From positions 1 to 27,795 of IMG/VR virus record IMGVR_UViG_3300044477_000133: DNA of 27,795 nt; one strand, written 5' to 3'. Source of the stretch: a virus (Duplodnaviria; Caudoviricetes). Positions within the stretch are counted from its first letter, which is position 1. Every line of letters starts with the position of its first letter. The translations under genes were made by a program, and so were the position numbers. The notes beneath the pieces were generated by a model. That model did not search any database. It was not told where the DNA came from and worked only from the letters and a program-made list of their open reading frames with translations. Positions 1 through 8,254 of the stretch are shown here, piece after piece.

Positions 1-2
1 CG

Positions 3-410
3 GCCAAGGGCGGAGCGGAAGCGGTAACCGCGACAACGGCCACTGAAGCGCCCAAACCGGAGCCCCTGTGCGTTCCCGGCGCCTCCGACGAGTGTGCTTG
101 CCCGGGTGGGACGAAAGGCGCTCAGGCCTGCGCTAAGGACGGGATGTCTTATGGGGAGTGTGTTTGTGAGCCGAAGGTCGTCACGGAAACGGTGACCGAG
201 ACGGTGACAGTCAATCCCGAAGGTTATAGCGGCGACTGCCTTCGATTGGGCGCCACCGTTGCGACAGCCGAAGGAGCCTGTGACCTTCAAACCCCGGTGC
301 TTTACGTCAATTGTAAGGAACAACCAAAGATATCAGCTGGTGGTTGTCGCGTGCCTTACAACTTTAAGATACTCGAAAACGTTCCCGGCGTTTACTGCTG
401 TTATCAGTAA
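3..410 (+). CDS. Cys-rich secreted/lipoprotein-like protein, 5'-partial
   Basis: The frame of ORF 144..410 is open back to the window edge: AKGGAEAVTATTATEAPKPEPLCVPGASDECACPGGTKGAQACAKDGMSYGECVCEP. It has Thr-rich linkers and a second Cys cluster, and ends TAA at 408-410. Confidence 0.75.
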   Translation, partial: AKGGAEAVTATTATEAPKPEPLCVPGASDECACPGGTKGAQACAKDGMSYGECVCEPKVVTETVTETVTVNPEGYSGDCLRLGATVATAEGACDLQTPVLYVNCKEQPKISAGGCRVPYNFKILENVPGVYCCYQ

Positions 411-1063
411 TTAATAAAACGCCAGGTAGTTCCGTCGTACATCACCAAGCAGTTCTTTGTTGATCCGGGTCCGATAGATCCGGTAGTTCCGCCATTTGTG
501 CGAATCATTACGTTGTACGCAACGTTTACGTCGCCGTGGACGTGGTATTCGGTGCCCTTGCGCGGATTAGGAATTGAAACGTCGAGGTAGCGCGTTGCCG
601 TTGTAAGTGCAAAATAGAACCGATAGCGATACGTGTACGAGTGGTCGGCATCCGATAAAAACTCCGTGTTCGCAACGATTCGACCAGTCCCGAGTGTGAA
701 GTCATTATCCAGCGTCGTCAGGTCCCCCGTGGTACCAGCCGTGGTTCCCAGGTGCATGTTTTTCGAAGTTGCCGGGCCTTCGAATTGGGTCGTCCCCTTT
801 ATCGAAACCGTGTCGCCCGTCGTGTTGCCAAGGTTCACATTTCCCTGAGCATCGAGAAGCCCAGGGATCGTGATTGTACTTGCTCCGGCTCCTAGCGTGA
901 CGTTGCCGGTGAGCATCGTGTCGATGGCGTTTTTCAGGTACGCGAACGTGTTGAAGATCTTCCGAAAGATCTTTATCCAAACAAGCTGGTGCACTCGTTC
1001 GTCTGTATACGGAATCTGGTCAACGTCATTATACGCCGGACTGTTTGCGCTTACGATTTTCAC
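404..1063 (-). CDS. Putative tail fibre / distal tail protein
   Basis: 219 aa, last gene of the tail operon. Short N-terminal helix, Gly/Thr-rich beta-like shaft (GNVNLGNTTGDTVSIKG) and C-terminal ...LVMYDGTTWRF typical of fibre head domains. GTGA overlap with the upstream gene. Confidence 0.6.
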   Translation of the reverse strand: MKIVSANSPAYNDVDQIPYTDERVHQLVWIKIFRKIFNTFAYLKNAIDTMLTGNVTLGAGASTITIPGLLDAQGNVNLGNTTGDTVSIKGTTQFEGPATSKNMHLGTTAGTTGDLTTLDNDFTLGTGRIVANTEFLSDADHSYTYRYRFYFALTTATRYLDVSIPNPRKGTEYHVHGDVNVAYNVMIRTNGGTTGSIGPGSTKNCLVMYDGTTWRFINY

Positions 1064-2193
1064 AGCGTCCCCCTTGTGACAAGCGGCGCAGAAATGACCG
1101 CGTTGGTCCCGGATATGATAGCAATTCGGTTATCCATTCGAATGCATTTGAGGTCATTCAAACTATAGAACGTTGCGCCGTTTGCCGTGAGGTACCAGCT
1201 GGCTCCATTGTCGATCGACACAATCAGGCCGACGCTGTTTACGCTGTTTCTAACGGTTACCCACGGGCAGCACAGCACGTTACCGAGTGCGCACATGCCC
1301 ATTTTCGTCGGCGTAGCGCCGCCCCAGATTACTTGCGGGGTCGTTTGGAACGGTTGCCACGTTCCACCGGTTGGCGAGGTTGACCAGAAAACTCGCCCGT
1401 CTGTTCTGACACCGGACAGGATAAAACCCCATGAAACGTCATAAACAACCGTTAGCGCATTCCCGTCCCATTGCGCCGGCATGGTCGGCAACGTCGCGTC
1501 GGTCCACGTTGCTCCACTGTCGATTGTGTAAACGGCACCGTTAGCGGCAACCGCAACGCCGCAGTCTTGCGACGTGTCAACGTTGTAATAAATCGCAATG
1601 CTATTGTACCCGGTGTGCGTTGCGTGGTTAAAGTAATTCGACGCCGTAGTGGCGGTTATTTTGACAATTCGCCCCTTGTTAGAGGTATTGCTTCCGCACA
1701 CGTAAAGCGTATTGATCAGGTAGCTACCGTCGACCGCAGCAACGGTCATCGCGGATGAAAACGTTCCAGTTACGTCTAGCGCTACAACCGACTCACCTGT
1801 GCTCCGGTACCAGGTAGATGACGAGCCGTATTCGAACAGGTACCATTTGCTGTAATATTCACTGAATTTGTGAACAGCCACCGAAGTGAATGTAGACGCT
1901 ACGCTTCCGCCAGAAACGGTGCCGTCGGGCCAGCACGTGAGAAACGCTTGACCTTCATCAACGTCGGTCACGATCTTGCCAAGACAGGGCGTGCTATTCT
2001 GTGTCGTGTAAAACCTAGACGGGGCTTTGAGAGACGAAGCGGAGTCGAGTTGAACGCTTTTTCCGAATAACCCGGCAGCGTCGAGCCATGCAACGATCCC
2101 GTTGTTCGTCTGCTTATTGACTTCAGTAGCCGGCAAAATGTCCGACGAAACGAACGGGACCCCACTATTGATAAGCCCGGGAGAAATTGTCAT
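1060..2193 (-). CDS. Putative receptor-binding tail protein with Asp-box (BNR)-like beta-propeller
   Basis: 377 aa, Ser/Thr/Gly/aromatic rich. Asp-box-like motifs TIDSGATW, TSPTGGTW, SIDNGASW. Located after the baseplate wedge genes. Confidence 0.65.
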   Translation of the reverse strand: MTISPGLINSGVPFVSSDILPATEVNKQTNNGIVAWLDAAGLFGKSVQLDSASSLKAPSRFYTTQNSTPCLGKIVTDVDEGQAFLTCWPDGTVSGGSVASTFTSVAVHKFSEYYSKWYLFEYGSSSTWYRSTGESVVALDVTGTFSSAMTVAAVDGSYLINTLYVCGSNTSNKGRIVKITATTASNYFNHATHTGYNSIAIYYNVDTSQDCGVAVAANGAVYTIDSGATWTDATLPTMPAQWDGNALTVVYDVSWGFILSGVRTDGRVFWSTSPTGGTWQPFQTTPQVIWGGATPTKMGMCALGNVLCCPWVTVRNSVNSVGLIVSIDNGASWYLTANGATFYSLNDLKCIRMDNRIAIISGTNAVISAPLVTRGTL

Positions 2194-3362
2194 AGTTCGT
2201 CAAATCCCATTCTATCGACAGACAGTTCGAAGCCGTCGCCGTTCTGGTTGATCTTGTAATCCCAGACGTTTACCGGTGGCATTACGTCGATTAGCATTTC
2301 GTCAAATTCGCGACGATTCACACTCATTAGGCGCGTCGTTTCTGCGTTGTTTAGCGACGTAAGGATAATTGAAAAACGGTGCCGCGTGCTCGTCCAGGCG
2401 TAGCCGTCACCAATATTCAGACCGGCAGGGCCACTTGTTCCTCCAGGCCAGAACGTGTTTGGTGGCGGCGAATCAAGTGTTCCTTCGTTCCAGTCGATTC
2501 GGACGAAGTTCGAGCCAAAAACAAGGGAGGCGGCCGCGTTTAGCGATTGTGTGTTTGCTCCCACCGTGACCAGGGCGAACTTGGCCGCACACTTGCGCCG
2601 CGCTTGCCAATCGCGATCGTCGGTTGTTCCGACGTTCATCAACGACGCCCAGTAATCGATCGCCTGATCCGCTTGCATCGGCAACTGGCTTGCAGCTAAG
2701 CGATCCGCGAGGTTTTGCGTATAGGCAAACATGCGCGCGATAGCGATGTTTTCGATCTGCGTGTAGCTTCCGGGAGCGGTCGAAAACGCGTCCCCCCGAA
2801 TCGCTTGCGCCTCTTGCAGCCAAATCCAAGCATACGGGATATCGGCAGCGGCACCCGCGGACGACTTCGTTGGTTCGGCGCCGTAATCTCCGGAGTACTT
2901 GGGAGCCGTTTCACCGTAAACAACTAGCGTGTGCTGACGCGCACCAGACCTGACAACGGTGTAGCTGATTTCGATATCGGTATCGTAGATGTAAACGTCG
3001 TCGACCGTGGTCGCGCCAACGTGCCGAGCGTTAGCCATTTTTAGCGCCCACGACTTGCGTTCCCCCGAGGTCGAATCGATGTAACTTGACCCCATGCTGA
3101 CCGTGATCAGGTACGAGTTATCGGTCGCCATCTCGTCGAGTTGCGCGGTTATGGTTGCGCCCGGATCGGTACCGCCGAGAAACAGCCCGGTAACGGTGCA
3201 GGGCCCGGAAGTTTCCGCCGGTTCCGTGATAAGCAACACCGCCAACGGGTGGTTTTGCTGCACGACGTCGTCGCACAGCCGAAGCCAATTCTCCGGAGAG
3301 ATTGAAGTGTTCGACTGCGCGCCAAGACGCAAGGGAAACGGGGCTAAGGCACCGAAGGGCAT
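2190..3362 (-). CDS. Baseplate wedge protein (C-terminal Mu gp48/P2 gpI-like domain) with extra N-terminal domain
   Basis: 390 aa. AIDYWASLMNV...RRKCAAK resembles the LxxW....RRxxxxAK pattern of gp48/gpI-like proteins. Downstream of baseplate J. Confidence 0.6.
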   Translation of the reverse strand: MPFGALAPFPLRLGAQSNTSISPENWLRLCDDVVQQNHPLAVLLITEPAETSGPCTVTGLFLGGTDPGATITAQLDEMATDNSYLITVSMGSSYIDSTSGERKSWALKMANARHVGATTVDDVYIYDTDIEISYTVVRSGARQHTLVVYGETAPKYSGDYGAEPTKSSAGAAADIPYAWIWLQEAQAIRGDAFSTAPGSYTQIENIAIARMFAYTQNLADRLAASQLPMQADQAIDYWASLMNVGTTDDRDWQARRKCAAKFALVTVGANTQSLNAAASLVFGSNFVRIDWNEGTLDSPPPNTFWPGGTSGPAGLNIGDGYAWTSTRHRFSIILTSLNNAETTRLMSVNRREFDEMLIDVMPPVNVWDYKINQNGDGFELSVDRMGFDEL

Positions 3363-3874
3363 TAGTAGACAATCACCGAGCAGGTATTGGAGCCAGCGGC
3401 GAATTCGGATGAGGTGAGAGCGAAAACGTTCGTGCCTGTGGGGCCGTTCCAGCTTGCGGAAGCCAAGCCGGGAATCACGACGCGAGCGATAACGGCAGCA
3501 GAAACGCCGTATTCGTCAGAAGCCAGCGACGGCAGCGTGACCGTGATGACGTTCGAAGCGCGGACAGCGGTCGGGTAAGCTGAACTTGGCGGAGAGCCGC
3601 CGGCATATTCAGCGCCAAGGATTGGAGCCCACGGAACCACGACGTAGGAGACGAACACGTTACCGCTCGCGAATCGCAGCAACATTGTGCAAATCGGCGC
3701 GGTCAAGGCACCGGCAGCGCAGTCACTGCCAAGGCGCTTGTATTGCCCGGAATTGACGTCCGTGTTGGCGTTTATTGAGCCAATATTGCCGTAGTCACGA
3801 AGGTTCGGGTGTGCTCCGTACGCCGCAGCTGACGCTGTGCGAGCCCAAAGCGGGTTACCGGCTGGGATTGTCAT
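3362..3874 (-). CDS. Baseplate-associated hypothetical structural protein
   Basis: 170 aa, ATGA overlap with baseplate J and TAATG overlap with the next gene. Confidence 0.7.
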   Translation of the reverse strand: MTIPAGNPLWARTASAAAYGAHPNLRDYGNIGSINANTDVNSGQYKRLGSDCAAGALTAPICTMLLRFASGNVFVSYVVVPWAPILGAEYAGGSPPSSAYPTAVRASNVITVTLPSLASDEYGVSAAVIARVVIPGLASASWNGPTGTNVFALTSSEFAAGSNTCSVIVY

Positions 3875-5295
3875 ATTGGGTACACCGCGAAGTTGTGGAG
3901 TCGGGCGACGTAGGGAGCTTGCGATCTAAGCGTCGGAACCGGTGTTGCTGTTGGTGCCGAAACAAAGCTAATGTCGAACGCTTCGGATATTTTCTCGCGC
4001 AGCTTGTACAGCTGAACCGACGTGATGTTCATCGGCGTATTTGCGGAATTGCCCGGTAAGCGTGCCGCGAATTGGTAGCCCGGATCGGTTGACGCGAGGT
4101 TTTCGCCAGGACCAAGCGTGAGCATGATGTTTAGCCACTCGCTGACGATTGTTTGCAGGTCATCGCAAGCCGGGAAAATCCACGTGCGCCCCGCGCTAAC
4201 GTTGGGTCCGCTGCCATTTGACCAGACGGTCGTCGTGATGTTGGTGCCGCTGATTGTGACGACTTTCGCCGTCGCAACCGTGAGGTTTACCGAGTCCCAA
4301 CAAGCGATCGTTTCACCCGGGGCAAGGCTCCCAAGCGTCGCGGCATTGGCTACCGTGAAAGCCGTTTCTTCGCCGGCAGACGTCACGGTGGTTCGAGCGA
4401 TTGGGCCACCCGCGAGCCACCTGCGAGCGCCAGTCCGTGGAAGACCGAGCTTGATTTCGACGTCGACCGGATTGTCGAGAGCCGACTGAACCACCAGCGA
4501 CCAGGTCCCTTTTGGGTACCAGTTCGCGAGGTAGGTCTCAACGGCTGCCACGGCCGCGCTAGAGGCCTGTCGGGTCGTTGGTGTCGTGCTCGAGACAACC
4601 ACGACCTTGACGCTTCCGGGGCCGCCAAGGGCCCAGTAAACGAACGCGTTGCTAATTGCGCCGGTCGACTCGAGAGCACGGTCACGAAGGGCGCCCCATC
4701 CAGCGCCGGCACTTCGGAGGCGAGAAAGGATCCGCTCTCGCTTGCGCACCTCGGTCTCGACCTCGTTACCGCCGACCCAGCGAGTCGGGATCGTGGCCAA
4801 AACCTGTAGGTTCGGCGGGCCACCAGTGAGGCGGACTTGGGCGCCTGGCTCAAGGTTGCCCGCTGACCCACTGGCGAGCATTATGGCGTCGACCGTGGTC
4901 GGGCCGGTCTTGCCCACCGCACCGCTGATAACCTCCGCCACGAAGCCGTTGGGCGCCACGAATTGCTGCCCCGCTGGGATTGTGCCGGTGCCGAAGACCG
5001 TGATGGTGACGGGGCCGGCGGCTGGGGATGCGTCAACCTCGGGGAGCTGCAGCCACCTGCGCCAGTCATCAAGGTCTTGACCTGTCGCCTCTAGCGGGTT
5101 GATCGCGTCCTCTTTGCCTTGGACGTAGGAGACCAGGACCGAGGCCATGTTCGACAGGCCCGTCGCGAGCAAATCCCATTCGCCACCGGGGCCAACTGGC
5201 GGATCATTGTCACCGGCTTCGATCGATCCAAGCGTGACATCTTCGACAAATTGCAGCTTTAGGTCAGCCGCTGTCGCGTAGTTATTTGCCGTCAT
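3871..5295 (-). CDS. Baseplate J-like protein (Mu gp47/P2 gpJ)
   Basis: 474 aa. Motifs ATGQDLDDW, A..AAG.VT..GTGTIPAG, GSAGNL, GGNEVETE...RERIL, GGPGSVKVVV. Confidence 0.88.
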   Translation of the reverse strand: MTANNYATAADLKLQFVEDVTLGSIEAGDNDPPVGPGGEWDLLATGLSNMASVLVSYVQGKEDAINPLEATGQDLDDWRRWLQLPEVDASPAAGPVTITVFGTGTIPAGQQFVAPNGFVAEVISGAVGKTGPTTVDAIMLASGSAGNLEPGAQVRLTGGPPNLQVLATIPTRWVGGNEVETEVRKRERILSRLRSAGAGWGALRDRALESTGAISNAFVYWALGGPGSVKVVVVSSTTPTTRQASSAAVAAVETYLANWYPKGTWSLVVQSALDNPVDVEIKLGLPRTGARRWLAGGPIARTTVTSAGEETAFTVANAATLGSLAPGETIACWDSVNLTVATAKVVTISGTNITTTVWSNGSGPNVSAGRTWIFPACDDLQTIVSEWLNIMLTLGPGENLASTDPGYQFAARLPGNSANTPMNITSVQLYKLREKISEAFDISFVSAPTATPVPTLRSQAPYVARLHNFAVYPI

Positions 5296-5726
5296 ACCGT
5301 GACCTGTTGGCTCTTTTGCGTGATGAGATTGCGGTAATTGAGGGTCACGTAGTAACGCTCCGGCATCGGGTAAGAGACGCTAAGGCTCTCGATTTTGATG
5401 ACCTTGGTCCGTATCATTTCCGCAAGCCCGACGTTGATCGAGTTGAACAACTGCGCCTCGAAACGGGCGTCGATTTTCTTCGGCCATTCAACGCCGAGCG
5501 CTTGGTTTCCCGATGCGCTTTTCAGTGTCGTACGTATTGCGAAATACACACGCATCGCTACGGGGTCCGCCTTCAAAAACCCGCCGTTTACCTCGTCTTT
5601 TACGGGGTTCCCGTCGGGCCCGATGTATCGCGCACCCCTCGAAGTCGACGGCAAAGTCGGGATCGCTGGAACGTATCCGACGCCCGCAGGACTCGTGCCG
5701 AGCGGTTGTGCGCCAAGTCCGGGCAT
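5292..5726 (-). CDS. Baseplate wedge / sheath initiator (T4 gp25 / Mu gp46-like)
   Basis: 144 aa immediately upstream of baseplate J. C-terminal ...YYVTLNYRNLIT pattern and size fit gp25-like proteins. Confidence 0.7.
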   Translation of the reverse strand: MPGLGAQPLGTSPAGVGYVPAIPTLPSTSRGARYIGPDGNPVKDEVNGGFLKADPVAMRVYFAIRTTLKSASGNQALGVEWPKKIDARFEAQLFNSINVGLAEMIRTKVIKIESLSVSYPMPERYYVTLNYRNLITQKSQQVTV

Positions 5727-5729
5727 TGG

Positions 5730-6044
5730 TTAATCGAGGGGGCAGAAGACGTTGAAAAACGGGATACTGATAAAAAGCCCGGGGATTCCGGGGATCGGGA
5801 TAATCAGCACCGGAAGGTCGAGGTCCAAATCGAGACCGAGTAGCGTTAGGTCAACGCCGAATCGAGGAATGTTTATGAACAGGCTTGGGATAGCGGGAAA
5901 CGGGATGACTAGGACCGGAATGTCGAGGTCTAGGTCGAGTCCAAGCAGCTCAAGATCGAGGCTAAAAAACGGGATAACCGGAAACTTTGGCAGGGTAATC
6001 GTCGGGATTGTGAGCCCCGGCAATTCGTACGCGCACAGGCTCAC
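5730..6044 (-). CDS. Small Pro/Leu/Ile/Asp-rich repeat protein (C...CPLD), unknown function
   Basis: 104 aa, GTG start overlapping the upstream TGA (GTGA). Fills the gap between neighbours exactly and has an internal 35-aa duplication. Confidence 0.7.
   Translation of the reverse strand: MSLCAYELPGLTIPTITLPKFPVIPFFSLDLELLGLDLDLDIPVLVIPFPAIPSLFINIPRFGVDLTLLGLDLDLDLPVLIIPIPGIPGLFISIPFFNVFCPLD
5754..5975 (-). repeat. Diverged tandem duplication, period 105 bp (35 codons)
   Basis: IPFFSLDLELLGLDLDLDIPVLVIPFPAIPSLFIN vs IPRFGVDLTLLGLDLDLDLPVLIIPIPGIPGLFIS: 25/35 identical by manual alignment. Confidence 0.85.
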
Positions 6045-6376
6045 GAGATCCTACCGGTTCCACTCCCTGAAAAAGTGCCTGTCGCGGTGGTTTGCCCAGC
6101 TTGAGCCGCAGCCGATCCAGTAGTGGCAACCGGTATCCCGGGGGCCACGGTTCCGGTGACATCAACGGTGATTAGGCCGTTTGCGGTAAAGTGAGCGAGG
6201 ACCGTTTGAGCGATCGTGGCGGAGTATTTCGCGAGCTCGCTTAGGCCCCTCGCGTTTACCGGTAACGACTCGATGCCTTGGACGCCCTGCAGTGCGTCAT
6301 GAAGCTCTTTCGCTAGTCCTGCACCGGTAGCGATCCCCGAGGGAGAAACGGTTACATTTCCAGGATTCAGCGGCAT
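6041..6376 (-). CDS. Small spike-associated hypothetical protein
   Basis: The ORF track gives 6041..6406, but the ATG at 6376 (MPLNPG) follows the spike gene stop by 1 nt and is the likelier start. Helical N-half and Gly/Thr-rich C-terminus (GIPVATTGSAAAQAGQTT). Confidence 0.7.
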   Translation of the reverse strand: MPLNPGNVTVSPSGIATGAGLAKELHDALQGVQGIESLPVNARGLSELAKYSATIAQTVLAHFTANGLITVDVTGTVAPGIPVATTGSAAAQAGQTTATGTFSGSGTGRIS

Positions 6377-6377
6377 A

Positions 6378-7046
6378 TTAGGGTCTAATGTAAACGCCAG
6401 CGCCAACGGTTGAAGCGGGTACGCCGGTCAATCCGGAAACACCACAAAGCACCGAGGTGGCCGGGGTAGCGGGAGCCGATGCGCCGCCAATATTTAGCGT
6501 GCTGCAAATGATATCAATCGTTCCGTCTTCCATGAGATGGATGCACGATTTACCGCCCTTGGTCATCATGGTGATGCCCTGCTCTGTGCTCATCTCGTAG
6601 ATATGACCGAACGCCGCGATCGTAACTTTCTTGTTCTTACGATCGAGCATTTGAACGACGTCGTTGCCAACAATGATCGCCGCACAATCCTCTTTCAGTA
6701 AAACTCGCGAACGCTTCGAGGCATCCCCACCGGTATTATGGAGACACGTCTCCCCGCCCTTTAGTTTGCCGGTTACATCCGAGCAACGCGTATCGCGCCC
6801 GCCGACAACGCACGACGTGAACCCGCCGACGCCATCGATTGCGACGCCATCGGCTTGCCCGTTGTCGTCCGGCGGAGCCGGCAACGAGGTTAGCCCGAGT
6901 GCAAATGCAAGCGGGACTTCACCTTGGTCCTCACGGATTCCCGACTCTTTATCGACTTCAAGCGTCACGTGACAGACCGGCGGGATCGGTTTCCCGTTGT
7001 CGTCGATAACGCGCGCCGCGCCGAGTGTGTAGATGTCCGCGCTCAT
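6378..7046 (-). CDS. Baseplate central spike (Mu gp45/P2 gpV-like)
   Basis: 222 aa after the hub gene. GLTSLP..., D.R....LKGGETCLHN pattern followed by short beta-strand repeats. Confidence 0.75.
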   Translation of the reverse strand: MSADIYTLGAARVIDDNGKPIPPVCHVTLEVDKESGIREDQGEVPLAFALGLTSLPAPPDDNGQADGVAIDGVGGFTSCVVGGRDTRCSDVTGKLKGGETCLHNTGGDASKRSRVLLKEDCAAIIVGNDVVQMLDRKNKKVTIAAFGHIYEMSTEQGITMMTKGGKSCIHLMEDGTIDIICSTLNIGGASAPATPATSVLCGVSGLTGVPASTVGAGVYIRP

Positions 7047-8254
7047 TTGTCCGCGCCAATCACGAAGCTACCTGGACGCCAGCAAACCAGCGTCGTTCGA
7101 AGTTCTTTACCGTCGAAACCAAACCGACGAGCGGCGACCCAAAGCGGTTCGTGTACCCGGGCCACATCGTCGTCGATGTCCAGAATCGTGTCGTAGTTCC
7201 AAAAATAACCAGTTGACGGATCGACTAACCCGCGAAGTGTTACCTCGTAAACAAGCGTGTCTTTGAGGCGTTCAGCGACAGCTCTTAGAGCGGAGTCGTT
7301 GATTTGCTCTTGTGTTTTCGCGAGGTCGTCGCGCCAGTAAAGCAGTCGATAAAGTGCGCGGGGAATGATTGCCGACTTGTTCGTCGGGAGCCTTCGTCCG
7401 CCGATTGTCCACTGATTCAGGATCCGGGAAAGTTCCGGAGAGTAGCTCGCGGCTACCTCGGAGATGTCCCAACTGGTGGCGGTTCTTGATGTTCCTTCGG
7501 TAGCTGCGCCTTGCCGTCCGGCGAATAGCGCCCACGTCGGAACTCTTGAAAAGTCTCGCGTTGCAATGCCGGAGATAACCGAGCCGACGGACTTGCTGTC
7601 GATCACGTCCTTGCGAACGATTCGACCGCTCGGGTCTTGCTCGTAGTTCGGCTTTTGGATTACGACCTTCGTCGGGTCGTCCGAAGGTTGTAGCGTTTCG
7701 CCGTGTCTCGCAAGGATGCGATTTAGGAAGTCGTAGCCGCCCTGTCCAGGCTCAGGTTTGCCGTCTGTAAGCTGACGCTTTCGGCGTTTTTTAACCGGTT
7801 TCTGCGGCTTCTTAGTGCGGGCAACTTGGCGCCCTTCGGGACCGTCAACGTCGATAATTCCGTACGGCGCGCACACATTCAAAACCACGTCTTCGAGTGT
7901 CGCGCCGGCTGCAATTGAGATTGCCGGGTCACAGTTCCCCTCGACGATATCGGCAATATAATCGCGACCTTTGCACGTGACAATCGACGGGCCTTTGTCG
8001 CCGATTACAGTGATGTCGATTCGTCCGTGAAGCTGCGAACAGCCGTCGATAATCAGCTCGACGGGAGCAAGCTCTAGATTCTCTTTTTGCTCGTCGATAA
8101 AGACGAACTCGAAGCCATCGGTTGACGTTAGGAACGCGCTATCAAGACTCCACGTCGTGATTTCGCCGCCGCCATCATTCGGTTTTGCGGTCGTCAAACG
8201 GCGCTCACCGTCGGCAACGTTGACCTCGAAAAGTGCGGAGCCGTAGTCGTTCAT
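7043..8254 (-). CDS. Baseplate hub protein (Mu gp44/gpP, P2 gpD-like)
   Basis: 403 aa. Motifs DGFEF, L.IDG..QLHGRID, CKGRDYIADIVE, PEPGQGGYDFLNRI, W......IDDD, T.L..WRPGSF. Confidence 0.85.
   Translation of the reverse strand: MNDYGSALFEVNVADGERRLTTAKPNDGGGEITTWSLDSAFLTSTDGFEFVFIDEQKENLELAPVELIIDGCSQLHGRIDITVIGDKGPSIVTCKGRDYIADIVEGNCDPAISIAAGATLEDVVLNVCAPYGIIDVDGPEGRQVARTKKPQKPVKKRRKRQLTDGKPEPGQGGYDFLNRILARHGETLQPSDDPTKVVIQKPNYEQDPSGRIVRKDVIDSKSVGSVISGIATRDFSRVPTWALFAGRQGAATEGTSRTATSWDISEVAASYSPELSRILNQWTIGGRRLPTNKSAIIPRALYRLLYWRDDLAKTQEQINDSALRAVAERLKDTLVYEVTLRGLVDPSTGYFWNYDTILDIDDDVARVHEPLWVAARRFGFDGKELRTTLVCWRPGSFVIGADK

Noticed and set aside
404-2193. Diversity-generating retroelement target or invertible fibre cassette
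   Set aside because: No reverse transcriptase, template/variable repeat pair, invertase or flanking inverted repeats were seen in this window.
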